From the IMG/VR virus record IMGVR_UViG_3300031994_000020: 64,000 nucleotides of DNA. One strand, given 5' to 3'. The notes beneath the pieces are model-generated. The model saw only the letters and a program-made list of their open reading frames with translations, made no database searches and was not told the origin of the DNA. Position 1 is the first letter of the stretch, and the number at the start of each line of letters is the position of its first letter. This document shows positions 40,202-53,653 of the stretch, one piece after another. The stretch comes from a virus. Its lineage: Duplodnaviria; Caudoviricetes. Position numbers and translations under genes: made by a program.

Positions 40202-40924
40202 TCAAGAGGCTTTTTTAAAAACCTCTTTCAATCCCATTTCTTTTCTTTTTCTCTGTACTTTTCGCCAACAAGCAGAGTTTATTTCTTTATCCATTTTTTT
40301 ATGCTGTCTATAACATTCAGCCATTATTTTTACTTCAATTTTTACATCTTCAAGCCCTGTATGATTTTCAATAAATTCTATGCTATCTGTTAAATAGCGG
40401 TAGGCACATTCCGCACTTGTTAAAATATTATCACTTGCGGAGATAAAACCATTTTTTGTTGCAAAATTTATGTAAGATGCTCTGTTCAAAATCACATCAC
40501 AAGCCATATTCCAAATACAGAAAAATTTTACACCAAAGGGAAACCACCACCTTTTAAAGCTTTTTGATACATAGCGGATAAGGTTATTTAATGCCCTTTT
40601 ATCAAAGCCCATGTTGTATGCCCCTATCTCTTTTATTTTGTAAACCTTTATATCATCAAGCATAAGTTTTCTAATATTCCACATGCTTCTGATTTCTCTT
40701 GTGCCATTTTTTATATCTTCCCAATACTGCGGTATTTTTTCCGCATAATAGGCACTTTTCATGACATCTTTCATATCAAGGAAAGTGTCAGCAACAACAA
40801 AAGACCTTTCCTGATAGATATTACCATATCTGTCACATATACACCACCCTATATCATAAGGGAGTGGCTGTTCTATTGTATTGCAAGTTTCGGTATCAAG
40901 TACAAGATAATATTTTTTACTCAT
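40202..40924 (-). CDS. DEDDh 3'-5' exonuclease family protein
   Basis: ExoI 'LDTET', ExoII 'AYNMGFD', ExoIII 'HTGLED'. Confidence 0.85.
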   Translation of the reverse strand: MSKKYYLVLDTETCNTIEQPLPYDIGWCICDRYGNIYQERSFVVADTFLDMKDVMKSAYYAEKIPQYWEDIKNGTREIRSMWNIRKLMLDDIKVYKIKEIGAYNMGFDKRALNNLIRYVSKSFKRWWFPFGVKFFCIWNMACDVILNRASYINFATKNGFISASDNILTSAECAYRYLTDSIEFIENHTGLEDVKIEVKIMAECYRQHKKMDKEINSACWRKVQRKRKEMGLKEVFKKAS

Positions 40925-41637
40925 TTGTTTGTGTCCTTTCTTTCTTAACTGTTAAACTTATTATACATCACACAAGAGATAAAGTCAAGCGGAAGATGCA
41001 AAAAATATTATACAAAATTGCGGGAGATCTTTTGTTAAAATTGCCGATAAAAAACCACTTGACAAAATCTACAGAGCGTGGTATAATAGAAAATTCGCCC
41101 CGCAGCGGGCACTGGCGCGTCGGCTGCGGGGCGACAAAAAAATAGGGCGGTCTCCCGCCCTGTTATTACTGAAAATCTATTTCTGTTTCCTCAAGTTTAT
41201 CCCAATAAACATCATCAGTGAGAAGATCATTTTCATGTAACCATCCTAAAAATTTAAGCTGGTCTTCTGATAATAAGGCTATAAATCTATTGTTATCATA
41301 TCCATTTGTAATTACATATTTCCTTTTTTCTGTTACCATTTTTTCTTACCTCTTTTCTTTCATTTGATGATTTTATTATAGCATATAGTGTTTATTTTGT
41401 CAACCCCTAATCTACAAAAATGAAGACATATTTTGAGGTTACTTTTACTTGAAAAATATGGCGGTCAGCGTTATTATAAGGACCGCCCAAGTATTCCCTT
41501 GTATCAGACTCAAGAATTCTTATTCTTTTTCCAAAAGTTGCGGGCATATCTATTCTTTTATTCATAAAATCAGCTACTGTCATATCATCCACCGCCTTTC
41601 TTTATATAATATATTTTATCATATAGGGGAGGGCTTG

Positions 41638-42093
41638 TCAAGCCCTTTTCCCCTTTTTCTGAAGATTTTTCAGCGTTCTTTCAACTACTATCTGCGCGCC
41701 GTTCATTTTCACCTGAACCTGCTTGCCATCTATCTCAATATCACCCGACACCCAGAAGCCTACACTATCTTTTCCACGATATTCAATTCCATTGAGTTCT
41801 GATATAAGTCTTTCAAACTCAACACCCTTGTTATAATCGCCTATGAGAAGCTCCTCACCGCCCAAACATCTAGCACCCTTGCGCATAAGATACTCCATGT
41901 GGGGCTTTGTAAGTCTTAGCTGAAGCTTTGCACAGCCGCCTTTTTTAGAGGACTCATGTTCAACACGCATAAAGCGGGGGGCGATTTCGTCAACCATAGC
42001 CACATATACATTATGACCATATATAAAGCCTAACGCATAGCTATCTGCCGCACTGAATTTTCTGTAATTTTTAATCATTGTCTGCTTGTTCAT
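41638..42093 (-). CDS. hypothetical protein, possible PD-(D/E)XK fold
   Basis: 'NKGVEFE..GDIEIDGKQVQVK'. Confidence 0.55.
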   Translation of the reverse strand: MNKQTMIKNYRKFSAADSYALGFIYGHNVYVAMVDEIAPRFMRVEHESSKKGGCAKLQLRLTKPHMEYLMRKGARCLGGEELLIGDYNKGVEFERLISELNGIEYRGKDSVGFWVSGDIEIDGKQVQVKMNGAQIVVERTLKNLQKKGKRA

Positions 42094-42747
42094 TTTCTGT
42101 TCTCCTCTCTTGTTTTCCTTACCTTGTAAATACATTATAGCACACGTTGCAAAACCCGTCAACACTTTTTATTAAAAAAATTGCACAAATTTTGGGACTT
42201 TATTATTAAAAATTTTGTGCAAAATGCCTATTGACAAAAACCCGAAGATGTGGTATAATGTAAAATTCGGCCCGTGCGGGATGGGAGAAGCCAGGCACGG
42301 GCCGCCAAAGCAAAAAGCCCCAAACATTCAGGGGCTTTCCGCATATTGAGAGGAGGATTTCAGTCTTCCGATATAGGCGATACTTTTATATTTCTCCACT
42401 GAGGAGTACGACCAATAGCATGATCAAGCTTTCTCAAAGCGACACCCGCCGCCTGTTCGTGGCAAGATGCCTGTACTGTGTACTCATATTTTTCAAGGTT
42501 TACTGTATTTATTGTCACTTTAAAATTCTTCATTTTGCTTTCCTCTCTTTCATTTCTTCTTTTGTTAACATCAGATTGTATATACATAATAAATCTTGTC
42601 TATTTAGATTGCTTGTATCACCATCCCAGTGGTCTTTCACATATTGTATTCTCATTTCCTCAATTTTTTTCTCTAATTCAATGGCGGTCATTTTGTTTTC
42701 CTCTCTTTCATTTGATAAATCTATTATATCATGCTTTTGTTAGTTTG

Positions 42748-43191
42748 TCAAGGGAGTTTTTTAATTTTTTCAATTAAATTTTCAACATCTTCCGCACCCT
42801 TGCCCCAAGCTTTTCTGTTAGGCTCTTCATCATCGAACAGGTAACCCGATCCGAACAGGTGTTTGGGAGTGCCATAAGCTATAATATTTATATTGTTAAA
42901 CTTGACACTCGGAAGCCTTTTCTTGAGATAATTTATTTTAGCTTCACGGATGCGGGCGTTGTAGTCCTCATCATCCACCTTTGCAGTCCATGAAATAACA
43001 TTTATTTCATAGCCCTTGCGCTGTTTATTATTGAGAACCCTTGCAAGTGCGCTAAAGTTAACCAGAGGTTTTGCTATCTCATAGGGTGTAGTATCTTTTG
43101 CAAGTATATAATCAAGCCATCCCTCTACGCCATACAGATTTACGAATGTCCCGTCCATATCAAGGTTAATTGCTTTTCTCATTCCGTTCAC
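42748..43191 (-). CDS. HAD-family nucleotidase-like protein (paralog of 37002-37460)
   Basis: 'LDMDGT','ISW','LFDDE'. Confidence 0.8.
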   Translation of the reverse strand: MNGMRKAINLDMDGTFVNLYGVEGWLDYILAKDTTPYEIAKPLVNFSALARVLNNKQRKGYEINVISWTAKVDDEDYNARIREAKINYLKKRLPSVKFNNINIIAYGTPKHLFGSGYLFDDEEPNRKAWGKGAEDVENLIEKIKKLP

Positions 43192-46100
43192 CTCTCTCCT
43201 TTTTGATAATTATATTATATCACTTTTGTGTAATTTGTCAAGCATTTTATAAAAGTTTTTGGAGTAAAAACTATTATTGTTATATCTAATATATCGTAAG
43301 TAGAATAAAAATCAATATCATTTGTTTCATTAAATAAGAAATGAATTCTTTTCATCATATAGCGAGTAAAACCATACTCATAAAAAATTATTCCTGTTTC
43401 GTTATTTCTTACTTTTATCCTATACATTGTCTATTTCCTCTCTTGTTCTGATAATACTATTATATCACATTATGGGATGAATACAATAGGCAAAATGCAC
43501 AAACTTTGGATCAAAATTTTGTTAAAATTGCTAGTTGACATGAAATACGCGGCGTGCCGAGGCACAACCAGCCAAGCACGCCGCGCTCAAAGAAAAAGAG
43601 GCTTATGCCTCTTCTTCCTCAAGCTCTTCGAGGTACTGCTCAAGCGAGCGGTAGCCTGTTCTGCTATATATTATAGCGTTAAGGCACTCTTCCCAATTGC
43701 GCCAAGTTGAGCAATTCCATACGAGGTTTATTTCCTCTGCGGTTGCTATCTCAAGCTCTACTACTCTGTCATACATTATCATTTCTTCTGTTGTCATCAT
43801 GGTTTTTATCTCCTCTCTTTATTGTATCTTTATTATAACACGGTGGTCGATGTTTGTCAAGCACTTTTTTAGATATTTTTAACTTCAACTATCCACCAAG
43901 GAATTCCTTTGTATTTCTTGCTTTCTTTCATATATTTTTCTAATCTCTTTTTAGAAGTAGAAAATTCAACTATAGGGCATCCGGGTCGACTTATTTTTGC
44001 TACATACAGCGGTCTTCTTTCTTTTTTAACTTCCTCAGTAATAGTTATTGTAATTGTCTTTGTCATTTTATTTTCCTCTCTTTCCTTATCTTGTACCCCT
44101 ATTATAACATGTTAGGTTTGGTTTGTCAACACTTTTTTATTTTTTTTTGAGGAAGTTTCCGCAAGGTGAGAAGTTACTTTTCCGAATGTCTTTGTCAAGT
44201 CACCCTTACTTTTCGCTTAACAGTACTTGCTATCTCACTGAGTGGGTTTCCGCTTCCTCGTTTCCCTCTCTGTAATTATAATATACCACATCCCCCGCTT
44301 TACGTCAAGAGTTTTTTATAAAAAAGTTGCACAAATTTCGGGATCTGATAATTGAAAAATTTGTACAAAATGCCTATTGACAAAATTTGCAGACTGTGGT
44401 ATAATGAAAAATGCGCACCGTGGCGAAGCAGAAGGCGCCAGCCACGGTGCGCCCAATAATCACTCTCCTGTATACAAATAAGGAGAGATGACTTCTCTGG
44501 CCTGAGTCCAGTCAACTTTTACAGTTTTAAAGGGTTCGAGAACATGCAGCTCGAAGCGGTTTTCGTCTATGTCTACATAGGCGCCCCATGCACCAAGAAT
44601 TTTCGTGGTGACAAGGTTTACAAGGACATCGGGGGAGATTTTAGCGTAATCACAAATAAATGCTCTCATGGGGTTTACCTCTCTTTCTTTATTATGATTT
44701 TATTATATCATTTTATTTTTTATTTGTCAAGAAAAATCTTTCAAATTCTTTTGTTTTTTTGTCAAGTTCTCCCCATGTAGGAGCTTTCTTGAATTTTTTA
44801 CAATATATTGAGTACCATACATCAACTGCCTTTGAAACTTCTTTCTGTATATTCTTATCCATGATATCTACCTCTTTCTCATTTGATAAGTCAATTATAC
44901 CAACGTTGCGGGAAAAAGTCAATGTACAAGATCACCAAAAATGCAACTGAAAAATTGTTAAAATTGCCATCTTGACAAAAATGCGGAACCTGCGCGAAGA
45001 GTAACGCCCGCGCAGGTTCCGCCAAATAAAAAATCTGCGGATGCGCTTCTCCCCCGCAGACTCTGCCCGCATTATTTCGCGCCCTACTGAAGCGTGGGCT
45101 GTGGCGCGCCCGAATGGGTATTTTTTAAATATTTAGTTGTCGGTCGGCGATGCTCTAATCATATTATTTGGTGCGCTCCTTGCGCTGATCTTGGTTTGCT
45201 GATATTGGTTTATGGTTACATTATATCAAATAACAGATGCGTTGTCAAGCCCTTTCTTCTAATATTTCTTCATTTATTTCTCTCCTCTCGTTTGTTTGTT
45301 TTCTTTATCTTATGTACTTATTATATCATGGGGCTTGGCTTTTGTCAAGCCCCATTTTTATTTTTTATGCTTCTGCCCAAAACCACCATTCATCCTCGGT
45401 TATCTCTGCTTTCTTGAGCGCTCTGCGGAAGCGAGCTTTTGCGTTCTTATCACCCATTGCGGAGTCCCAACTATTATTGTTAAGACGATCGAATAATTCA
45501 GCATCCAGTCCGCAAATTATTTCGTTCAGCTCTTCAAAATCTCTCATTTTTTTGTCCTCTCTTTCTTTATCTTATGTACTTATTATATCACGGTACTTTG
45601 TGCTTGTCAAGCACTTTTTTCAATCTGCTATAAGTACTATTCTGTTTTCTTCTTCATGCTCGTTGATGTCATCAAGGTTACGCACAAATCCTTCATTGTC
45701 AAGAAGCTGAACTACCGCATCATCCTTGTACTTGTTTAAGAGTTCCTTGAGTTCCTTTACAGTAATCTTGTTCATACCTCGTATCTCCTTTCCTTAACTT
45801 GTGCTTTTATTATAACACGTTAGGTTTGGTTTGTCAAGCACTTTTTTAAAATTTTTTTTGAGGAAGTTTCCGAAGGGTGATAACTTACTCTTTCGAAGCA
45901 TCTTTGTCAAGTTGCCCTTACTCTTTCGGTTATCAGAGCCTTCTATCTCTTCGAGTGGTATCCGCTTCCTGTTCCCTCTCTGTGATTATAATATACCATA
46001 CCCCGCGGAAGATGTCAACAGTTTTTATTAAAAAAATTGCACAAATTTCGGGATCAGATTATCTAAAAATTTGTGCAATTTGCCTATTGACAAAATGTGC

Positions 46101-48118
46101 AAGGCTGTGGTATAATGGAAATTCGGCGCGAGCGCGACTGAAAGGAGTCGCGCTCGCGCCGCGCAATTATACCACTTTTCTGAAAATTTGTCAATAGGAA
46201 AATTGCACAAAAATTTGCGGTAGATTTCTAACATCTACCGCGCAAGTGCCTATGCATACAGGGCGTCAAGATCTGCTGCCGTCAGTATATAGCCGTTATA
46301 GTATTTTTTTATTCTTATGGCATCATCTTCGGTATCCACTTTTACAATTAAATCATCCTCATCATCATATACGTAGAACATATGTTTTCTCCTCTCCTAT
46401 AGTTATGGTGCTTGAGGGTTTAACCCTCAAGCATCTTCAGCCACTCGGCATCCGCATCTGCGGTGTAAGGAACTGTGTCCTCTGTGGTGTTTGCGATTGC
46501 TTTAAAACCAACCTCAGTGTAAACCTCTTCAAGTTCTATTCTTTCGTTCATCATATTTTTTGTTCTCCTCTCTTGTTTTCTTTATCTTATGTATTTATTA
46601 TAACACGTTGTTATCTGCTTGTCAATACTTTTTTTAAAAAATTTTTAATCATCTTCATTTTCAAGTATATGTAAACAACATTCAAGATGAAGATCCATAT
46701 TTTCGATTTCTTCAAATTCCGCAGAAAACTCTTCCCAATCATCATCATCAGTAGACTCTAATATCTCTTCTCCATAAGCCTTGAGTTCCTTTACAAGTTC
46801 TATATACTTTGCAATTTTCTTTTTCATTTCTTTGTTCTCCTCTCTCTTGTTCTCTTTATCTTATGTATTTATTATACTATACGTTTTATTCTTTGTCAAT
46901 ACCTTTTTTAAAAAATTTTTTATTTTATATAGTATTCTATGACATACTTTCCGCTGTCTTTGTCCTGATATACTGTTGCCTCTTTCACTCTTTCTATAAT
47001 CTCTTTCACTTCATTCATGTAATTTACTTCCACTCTTTTCATTTTTTTATCCTCTCTCTCTGTTTATCCTTTGTTTTCTGAAAAGGCTTTTTTCAAGCCT
47101 TTTCATATCCTCTCTTGTATATTGCTATTATGTCAAGTATCATTTCTTTTGTTATATCTTCTCTTCTTGTTACTTCTTTTTCAAGTGATGTGAGTGTTCT
47201 TATTATTGCATTGTTTGTTAACTCTTCTACTGTACTTGTGAACTCTTCTGTTGTTACTGTTATATTCATCATATCTTTTCTCCTCTCTTGTATTGCTTTA
47301 TCTTATGTATTTATTATACTATACGTTTTGTTGTTTGTCAAGTGTTTTTTTTATTTTTTTGTTTGCGATATGCCCTTTTAGGTTACTGCTTATTTATTTT
47401 TCTTGAAGTACTCTTTATCCCATATCCACTCTACAATATAAGTCTTTGTTTTTGCGTTAAGGCTTTTGTAAGCTACTGTTGACATTTTGTTTATCCCGTA
47501 AAAGAACTTTCCTGCTTCTTTTCTATCTGTAAACTCTCTTCTCTTCATCATCTCTCTTGTTCTCCTTTCCTTTATCTTGATTAAAGTATACCATACCATT
47601 ACACGTCTGTCAATAGTTTTATTATAAAAAGTTGCACAAACTTACTTAGTTATTTTTGTCTATTTTGCTAATAAGATCTTTTTGCTAAATTTGGCTTTTT
47701 ATTGCTTTTTGCTGAGTTTTGCAATTTCGTGAATTTGCATAAACTTGCATAATTGCTTTTATGCATTTTGCTAAACCCGAACAGGTGTTCGGAATGAAAA
47801 TAAGGCGCGCCTTGATCGTGGGCGCGCCTGGCTCAAATAGTTTATCTACACAACGTTTCTTTTTATGAAGGGGGGCTATATTTTGGGATGAAACTCTAAA
47901 AAAATTTGAAATTGGTTTGTGCTCGACCAAAAAATCTCCAAATCAATTTTCAAATCTAAAAAACGATAAAAATCTCCAAATCATTTTTCAAATTCAGAAC
48001 ACGACAAATCTAGGAAAAAACAAAAGTGAGACATTCTCCTCATATCCTATCTTAAAATATCTACGCCCCTATAAAACCTCCGTTTTACTTTCTTATACGA
48101 TACTTACAGTTAGCCTCT

Positions 48119-48904
48119 CTACCCTTTCTCAGCTGCCGCAGCCTCGTCGCATACATAGAAAATATTTTCATCATATCTTTGTTTTTTTAGTCTTTCTATC
48201 CATTCCTTTCCATCATTCGCCTCTTCCCAACTTATCATATTACCATCTTTTATTTCATAACCATATTCTTCCAATACATTTATTATCTTTTTCCTTTTAA
48301 TATTGGATAAAACAGCAACAAAATCAATAGGCAAATAACAGTACATTTCCCCTTCTTCTATAGCTTCTTTTATCAATTTCTCAATATACTCCAACTCTTT
48401 ATTAATATCACATTTTTCCGCTATTTTTTTAGCATCAACCGCATTAATCATTCTCTTTGTATCTCCTTTTCTTCATAATCAACATAATAGACACCTTCTC
48501 CATAAACATCCCTTATCCATACAAAGCGGGAACCCTCCATTTCAACAATAGCGAAAGTCTTATAATCCTTTACAATACGCGGGGACCTATACTTGCAATA
48601 AGCCATGCTAGCCAACATAGACAAAATTATTAATACAATTAGCCATATCGCTACTACATTAACGCGCTCCCATTCCGCATCAGACCTCATATCCCGCGCC
48701 CTCCTCATCAAATATCTTTTGTGCCAAAGCAGTTAAAGTCATTTGCATTGCAATATAAGATTCTTTAAATTCTGGATTAAAATTAAATTCCTCCTGAAGC
48801 TCTTCTTCTGTTAAAGCCTCTAAATAAGCACCTTCAAGATAGACATCACTGAGATAATCTTTAAATTTCTTTTCTATTATATTATAAACTTCTTTCCAAG
48901 ACAT
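48119..48904 (-). other. Three small ORFs (48119-48451, 48448-48711, 48680-48904)
   Basis: Coupled ORFs downstream of a promoter at ~48935-48966. Confidence 0.65.
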
Positions 48905-49095
48905 ATTTATATCTCCTTTTTTCTTTTTTATAATATAATTATATCAAAAATTTTTTATAATGTCAAATAAAATTCTTTTGACCAAACTTGCGTTACAAAA
49001 AATTTTTTGGTATAATATTAGTAGATGGATGAAAATTTCATTTTCATCATTTACTAAATATGGATAATTTAAATTACGCATAGGAGGAAAAAGCA

Positions 49096-50202
49096 TTGGA
49101 TAATTTGCAAGAAAAAGAAGAAAAACTCCAAGCGGAAGATGGATATATAAAAATGGATTAGAGTTTAGAATCTCCCGCAGATAGAGTTAAAAAAGTAGAA
49201 GAAATTATTGCCAATACTCCTTCAGAAAGATTAACGCCAGTATATTTAGAAAAATTATCAGACTATATTATTTTAGCTATGACAAAAGAAGAAAGAAAAC
49301 AGAAAAAAATATTAACAGATAATCATATGGTAACAGTGAATAAGCGGGAGATGTCTTATGAAGGATTAGTAGGTAAATTAGAAAATGGAGAAGATGGTAT
49401 TTATAATATTATGACAAATGATAAAAATATTATCTTTGCTCCTAAAGTTAAAATTACAGAAGAAGATGTAGAAACTATTCCTGGTTTAAAAGAATTGCGG
49501 GAAGGTATAGAGCGAATAGAAGAAGAGTGTAAAAGCGCCCGCGGAGCTCGCGCCTTCCGCCTTAAAAAGCAACTTATAGAAATGAGACAAGATCAGTATG
49601 TTCTTAAAAACGCATATAAAAAACCAACTTATGTAATGAATATAACAAAAAGTTTATCTAAATTAGATTTACCAGATGAAAATTACGTTGATGATGATGG
49701 AAACCCGCAGAGTGCCACATTAATAAATTTATTTAATCCAAAGCATGTTTCTGCATTATTATGTAATTACTCTCAAATAAAAGAAGATTGTTGGGATAAA
49801 TTTAATAGCGATATAAAATGGTTAATGGAGGATCTTGATTTTCTTGTTGATGCAACATTAAAAGAAGACTATCCTTTATATTATGATATAGTTATTTATA
49901 AAATAGATGGATTACAAAATATAGATATTCAACAAAAATTATTTGAAGATTATGGAATTAAACATAGTGTAGAATATATATCATCACTTTAGCGCAATAA
50001 GATACCTAAAATGATTGCAGATAAAGCGGGAGATGATTATCTTATTTAGCACTATACTAATGAAGAATATGGAAAATGGAAAAAGTGCTCGCGGTGTGGA
50101 CAAATCAAGTTAGCCAATAATAGATTTTTTTCTAAAAATAGTACAAGCAAAGATGGATTTTATAGTATATGTAAATGCTGTAGAAATAAAAAGAAAGGAT
50201 GA
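49096..50202 (+). CDS. Conserved phage protein with C-terminal Zn finger (TTG start; TAG at 49159, 49990, 50047 read through)
   Basis: AGGAGG RBS; ISSL*RNKIPK, YLI*HYT, KKCSRCG..CKCC-TGA. Confidence 0.8.
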
Positions 50203-50208
50203 TGTTAA

Positions 50209-51417
50209 ATGGCAGAACAAAGATTTTGTTCCAAATGTCGTAAGACAATGGCGGCAGACACTAACTTTTATACCTATAAAGATGGAACGAAATGCGAATT
50301 ATGCAAAGCATGCTTAACTATGCACATAAATAATTAGGAGCCGGAGACATTTCTTTGGCTTTTGGAAAAATTTGATGTTCCTTGGATTCCATCAGAATAG
50401 AATGTATTAAGAGATAGAGCTTATCAAAAAGACCCCCATAAGATGACCGGTATGTCTGTCTTTGGTAAGTATTTGTCTAAAATGAAATTAAAACAATAGA
50501 ACAAATATACTTAGGCAGATACTGAAAGGCTAAAAGCGGAAGCTGAAGAAAAAGCTAAAAAATATGGTATGCCTGATGAACAAGCGCAAGCTCAATTAGA
50601 AGAAATGAAAACTGCTTATGAAAATGGAGAAATTTCAGAAGCTCAATATAAAACATATGCAGAACAAAATGCACCAGAGCCAACACCCGAACCTGCGGCG
50701 GCTCCTCCTTCTGATGGATATGAGTATCCGGTAAATTCTCCCTTTGAGGAAGTACCCATTGTAGATGTAGGTGCGGATCTTACTGATGAAGATAAAATTT
50801 ACTTGGCTATGAAATAGGGAAGACTTTATAAAGCATATGAATGGGTTGCGCTTGAGCAATTATATAAAGAGTTTATGGATTCATTTGATATTCAAGGTGC
50901 AGCAAGAATCGACACTCTTAAAATGATATGTAAAACAAGTTTAAAAATGAATCAAGCAATAGATTGCGGGGACGTCGATTCGTACCAGAAGTTATCTAGA
51001 GTATATGATGCCATGATGAAATCCGCAAAATTCACAGAAGCTCAAAATAAAGAAGGTAAATCTGATTTTGTTGACTCTGTTGGTGAATTAGTTGCTTATT
51101 GTGAAAAGAATGGTGGACAAATTCCTAAACATGAAATTAAAGCTCCTTATGATATTGTTGATAAAATTATAAATGATTTAAAAGAATATAATAAGACTTT
51201 AATATATGAAGATAAATCATTAGCGGAAGAAATTGAACAATATTTAAAGAATAAAGAAATTGCTGAGAATATGAAGAGAGATAGAGAAGCTGCACGAGAA
51301 AAAGGTCAAGATGAAGTTGAATTAACTGATGAAGATTATGAAAATTTTAAAAAAGCAATAGCAGAAGATAAAGAAAAAGATCAACAACTTGAAGCGGGAG
51401 GTGCTGATGAAGAATGA
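50209..51417 (+). CDS. Zn-finger protein directly upstream of TerL, putative terminase small subunit (5 TAG)
   Basis: FCSKC..CKAC; TAG at 50335, 50398, 50497, 50512, 50815; contexts KQ*NKYT*AD, MK*GRLY. Confidence 0.7.
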
Positions 51418-53153
51418 GTTTACAAAATTTATTAGACCTCTCAGAATCAAGATCAGTTAAACAAGGTCTTTCTGAAGAAAGATTAAAAGAACAAATTCCT
51501 CATTTGAGGAAATTAATCTCTTTTTATAGAGAATATCCTGATTATCTTGTTGATTTTATGAAAGGTCCAGATAGTACTTTTCAATTTTATTTTTATCAAA
51601 GAATATTTTTAAGAGTGGTAATGCGACATAGATATGTTTATGCAACCTTCCCTCGTGCTTATAGTAAATCATTTTTAAGTATGATGGTTTTGATGCTTAG
51701 ATGTATTCTTTATCCTAATAGTCAATTATTCGTAACGACGGGCGGAAAAGAGCAAGCTGCAAGTATCACAATAGCTAAGATAGAGGAGATATGTAAGCTG
51801 ATTCCCGCACTTAATAATGAAATAAATTAGAACCGCGGTGTTTCTAAAAAATCTAAAGATGATGTAAAATATGTATTTAAAAACGGTTCTTCTATTGATA
51901 TACTTGCGGCAAGACAATCTTCCAGAGGTCAACGTAGAACAGGTGGCCTTATGGAGGAATGCGTGCTTATAGACGGTGATATACTTAATGAAGTTATAAT
52001 TCCTACTACAAACGTAGATAGATTACTACCGGATGGAAGTAGACATAAAGAAGAAAATGTAAATAAATCTCAAATATATATTACAACGGCGGGATAGAAA
52101 AATAGTTTTGCATATGATAAACTTGTGGAACTTTTAGTCCAGAGTGTAATTGATCCAAATGAGGTTATGGTAATAGGTGGAACTTATGAGACACCAGTAA
52201 CTGAAGGACTATTAGATGAGTCTTTTGTTGATCAACTTAAAATACAAGGTACTTATAATGATGAATCTTTTGATCGTGAATATAGATCAATCTGGTCTGG
52301 TGATGTAGAAAATGCTTTTTATTCAGCAGAAAAATTTGATAAACATAGAGTATTATTACAGCCAGAGTATGAATATAGCGGAAGGTCCTCTAAATCAGCC
52401 TACTATGTAATTGGCGTAGACGTTGGTCGTATTGGATGTACGACAGAGGCTTGTGTATTTAAATCAACACCTCAACCACAAGGTTCAGATCTTAAGACTC
52501 TTGTTAATATTTATACTTACGAATCAGAAGATTTTGAAACACAAGCAGTTAATTTAAAAAAATTATATTATAAATACAAGGCGCGGGTGCTCTCTATAGA
52601 CGCCAATGGTCTAGGTATTGGTCTCGTTGATTTTATGACTAAAGCTCAAGTAGATCCAGAGACTGGTGATGATTTACCTCCATTTGGAGTTGAAGGCGGT
52701 ACTTCAGAAGACGCTTCAGAGCTTTATAAAAATATAAAAGGGTATGGAGTTGAAGAAAATGCCATGTATTTAATTAAAGCAAATGCTCCTATAAATACAG
52801 AAGCTTATTCTTATGCTCAAACACAAATGTCAAGCGGAAAGGTAAAGTTTCTTATTGATGAACAAGCTGCAAAGACTAAATTAATGAGTCAAAAACAAGG
52901 ACAGACATTAAATGCAGATCAAAGAAATGAATATCTTAAACCTTTCGTTTTAACTTCAATATTAAGAGAACAAATGTTAAATTTGGTACAGGATAATGAA
53001 GGTGTTAATATTATTTTAAAGCAAAATAATAAAAGTATTAGAAAGGATAAATTTTCTGCTTTTATTTATGGTTTGTATTATATAAAACAAGAGGAAGATA
53101 AAAAGAGAAAGAGAAAGAAAAGAGATATAAGTCAAATGTTATTTTTTAGTTAA
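51414..53153 (+). CDS. terL: Terminase large subunit (TAG at 51828 and 52095)
   Basis: Walker A-like PRAYSKS, Walker B GLMEE, motif III ITTAG*KN, nuclease 'GVDVG','IDANGLG','KDKFSA'. Confidence 0.93.
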
Positions 53154-53216
53154 CTTGGGCAGTGAAAATTAAGAGAAGTAAGATTAAATTGATATACAGT
53201 ATAAAGGAGATTGATT

Positions 53217-53573
53217 ATGAGAGCAAGCCGTGGTGAAATAAAGATAGAAGATATATTAACTGATGCGGGATTGGTATTTAAAGAAGAGTATAGTTTTTCA
53301 GATCTCGTATCAAGTAGCGGTAGACCACTCAGGTTCGATTTTGCAGTCTTTGATGATAATGGAGACTTAGATTTTTTAATTGAGTATCAAGGTATTCAAC
53401 ACTATCAAGCTAAATCTAAATTTGGTGGTTCAAAAGGTCTTTATAGACAAAAATATAATGATGCTCAAAAAAGACAATATTGTCAACAACATAATATAAC
53501 TTTAGTTATTATTCCTTATTAGGATGAAAATATACTTGATTACGATTATATTATGAAAGCGGCAGGATATTAA
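53217..53573 (+). CDS. DUF559/Vsr-like PD-(D/E)XK endonuclease (TAG at 53520)
   Basis: 'SRGE..LRFDF..IEYQGIQH..D..K..YC..LVIIPY*D' (family motif IPYW). Confidence 0.85.
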
Positions 53574-53594
53574 TCCTGTCGTTTCCTTTGTTGC

Positions 53595-53623
53595 TTGACA
53601 ATTTAGAAAAAATATGTTATAAT
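53595..53623 (+). promoter_or_regulatory. Perfect sigma-A promoter upstream of portal
   Basis: TTGACA-N17-TATAAT with TG extension. Confidence 0.8.
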
Positions 53624-53653
53624 AGAAATATAGTGAGAAAAGGAGGTGTCTCT

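Larger units (their letters stand above)
35790..47700. repeat. Dispersed ~170-bp divergent-promoter/GC-hairpin module (~9-10 copies) separating early gene cassettes
   Basis: ACAAA..TTTGT box, TTGACA at 35873, 37581, 39091, 41059, 42231, 43535, 44377, 44972, 46087, then a GC-rich hairpin. Confidence 0.75.

Noticed and set aside
44300-47600. Many + strand Phe/Leu/Ser-rich ORFs
   Set aside because: Antisense shadows of T-rich promoter repeats and - strand genes
41407-48451. TAG ends of ORFs 41407-41592 and 48119-48451 as recoding evidence
   Set aside because: A TAA follows within 3-5 codons, so stop vs read-through cannot be distinguished; not counted
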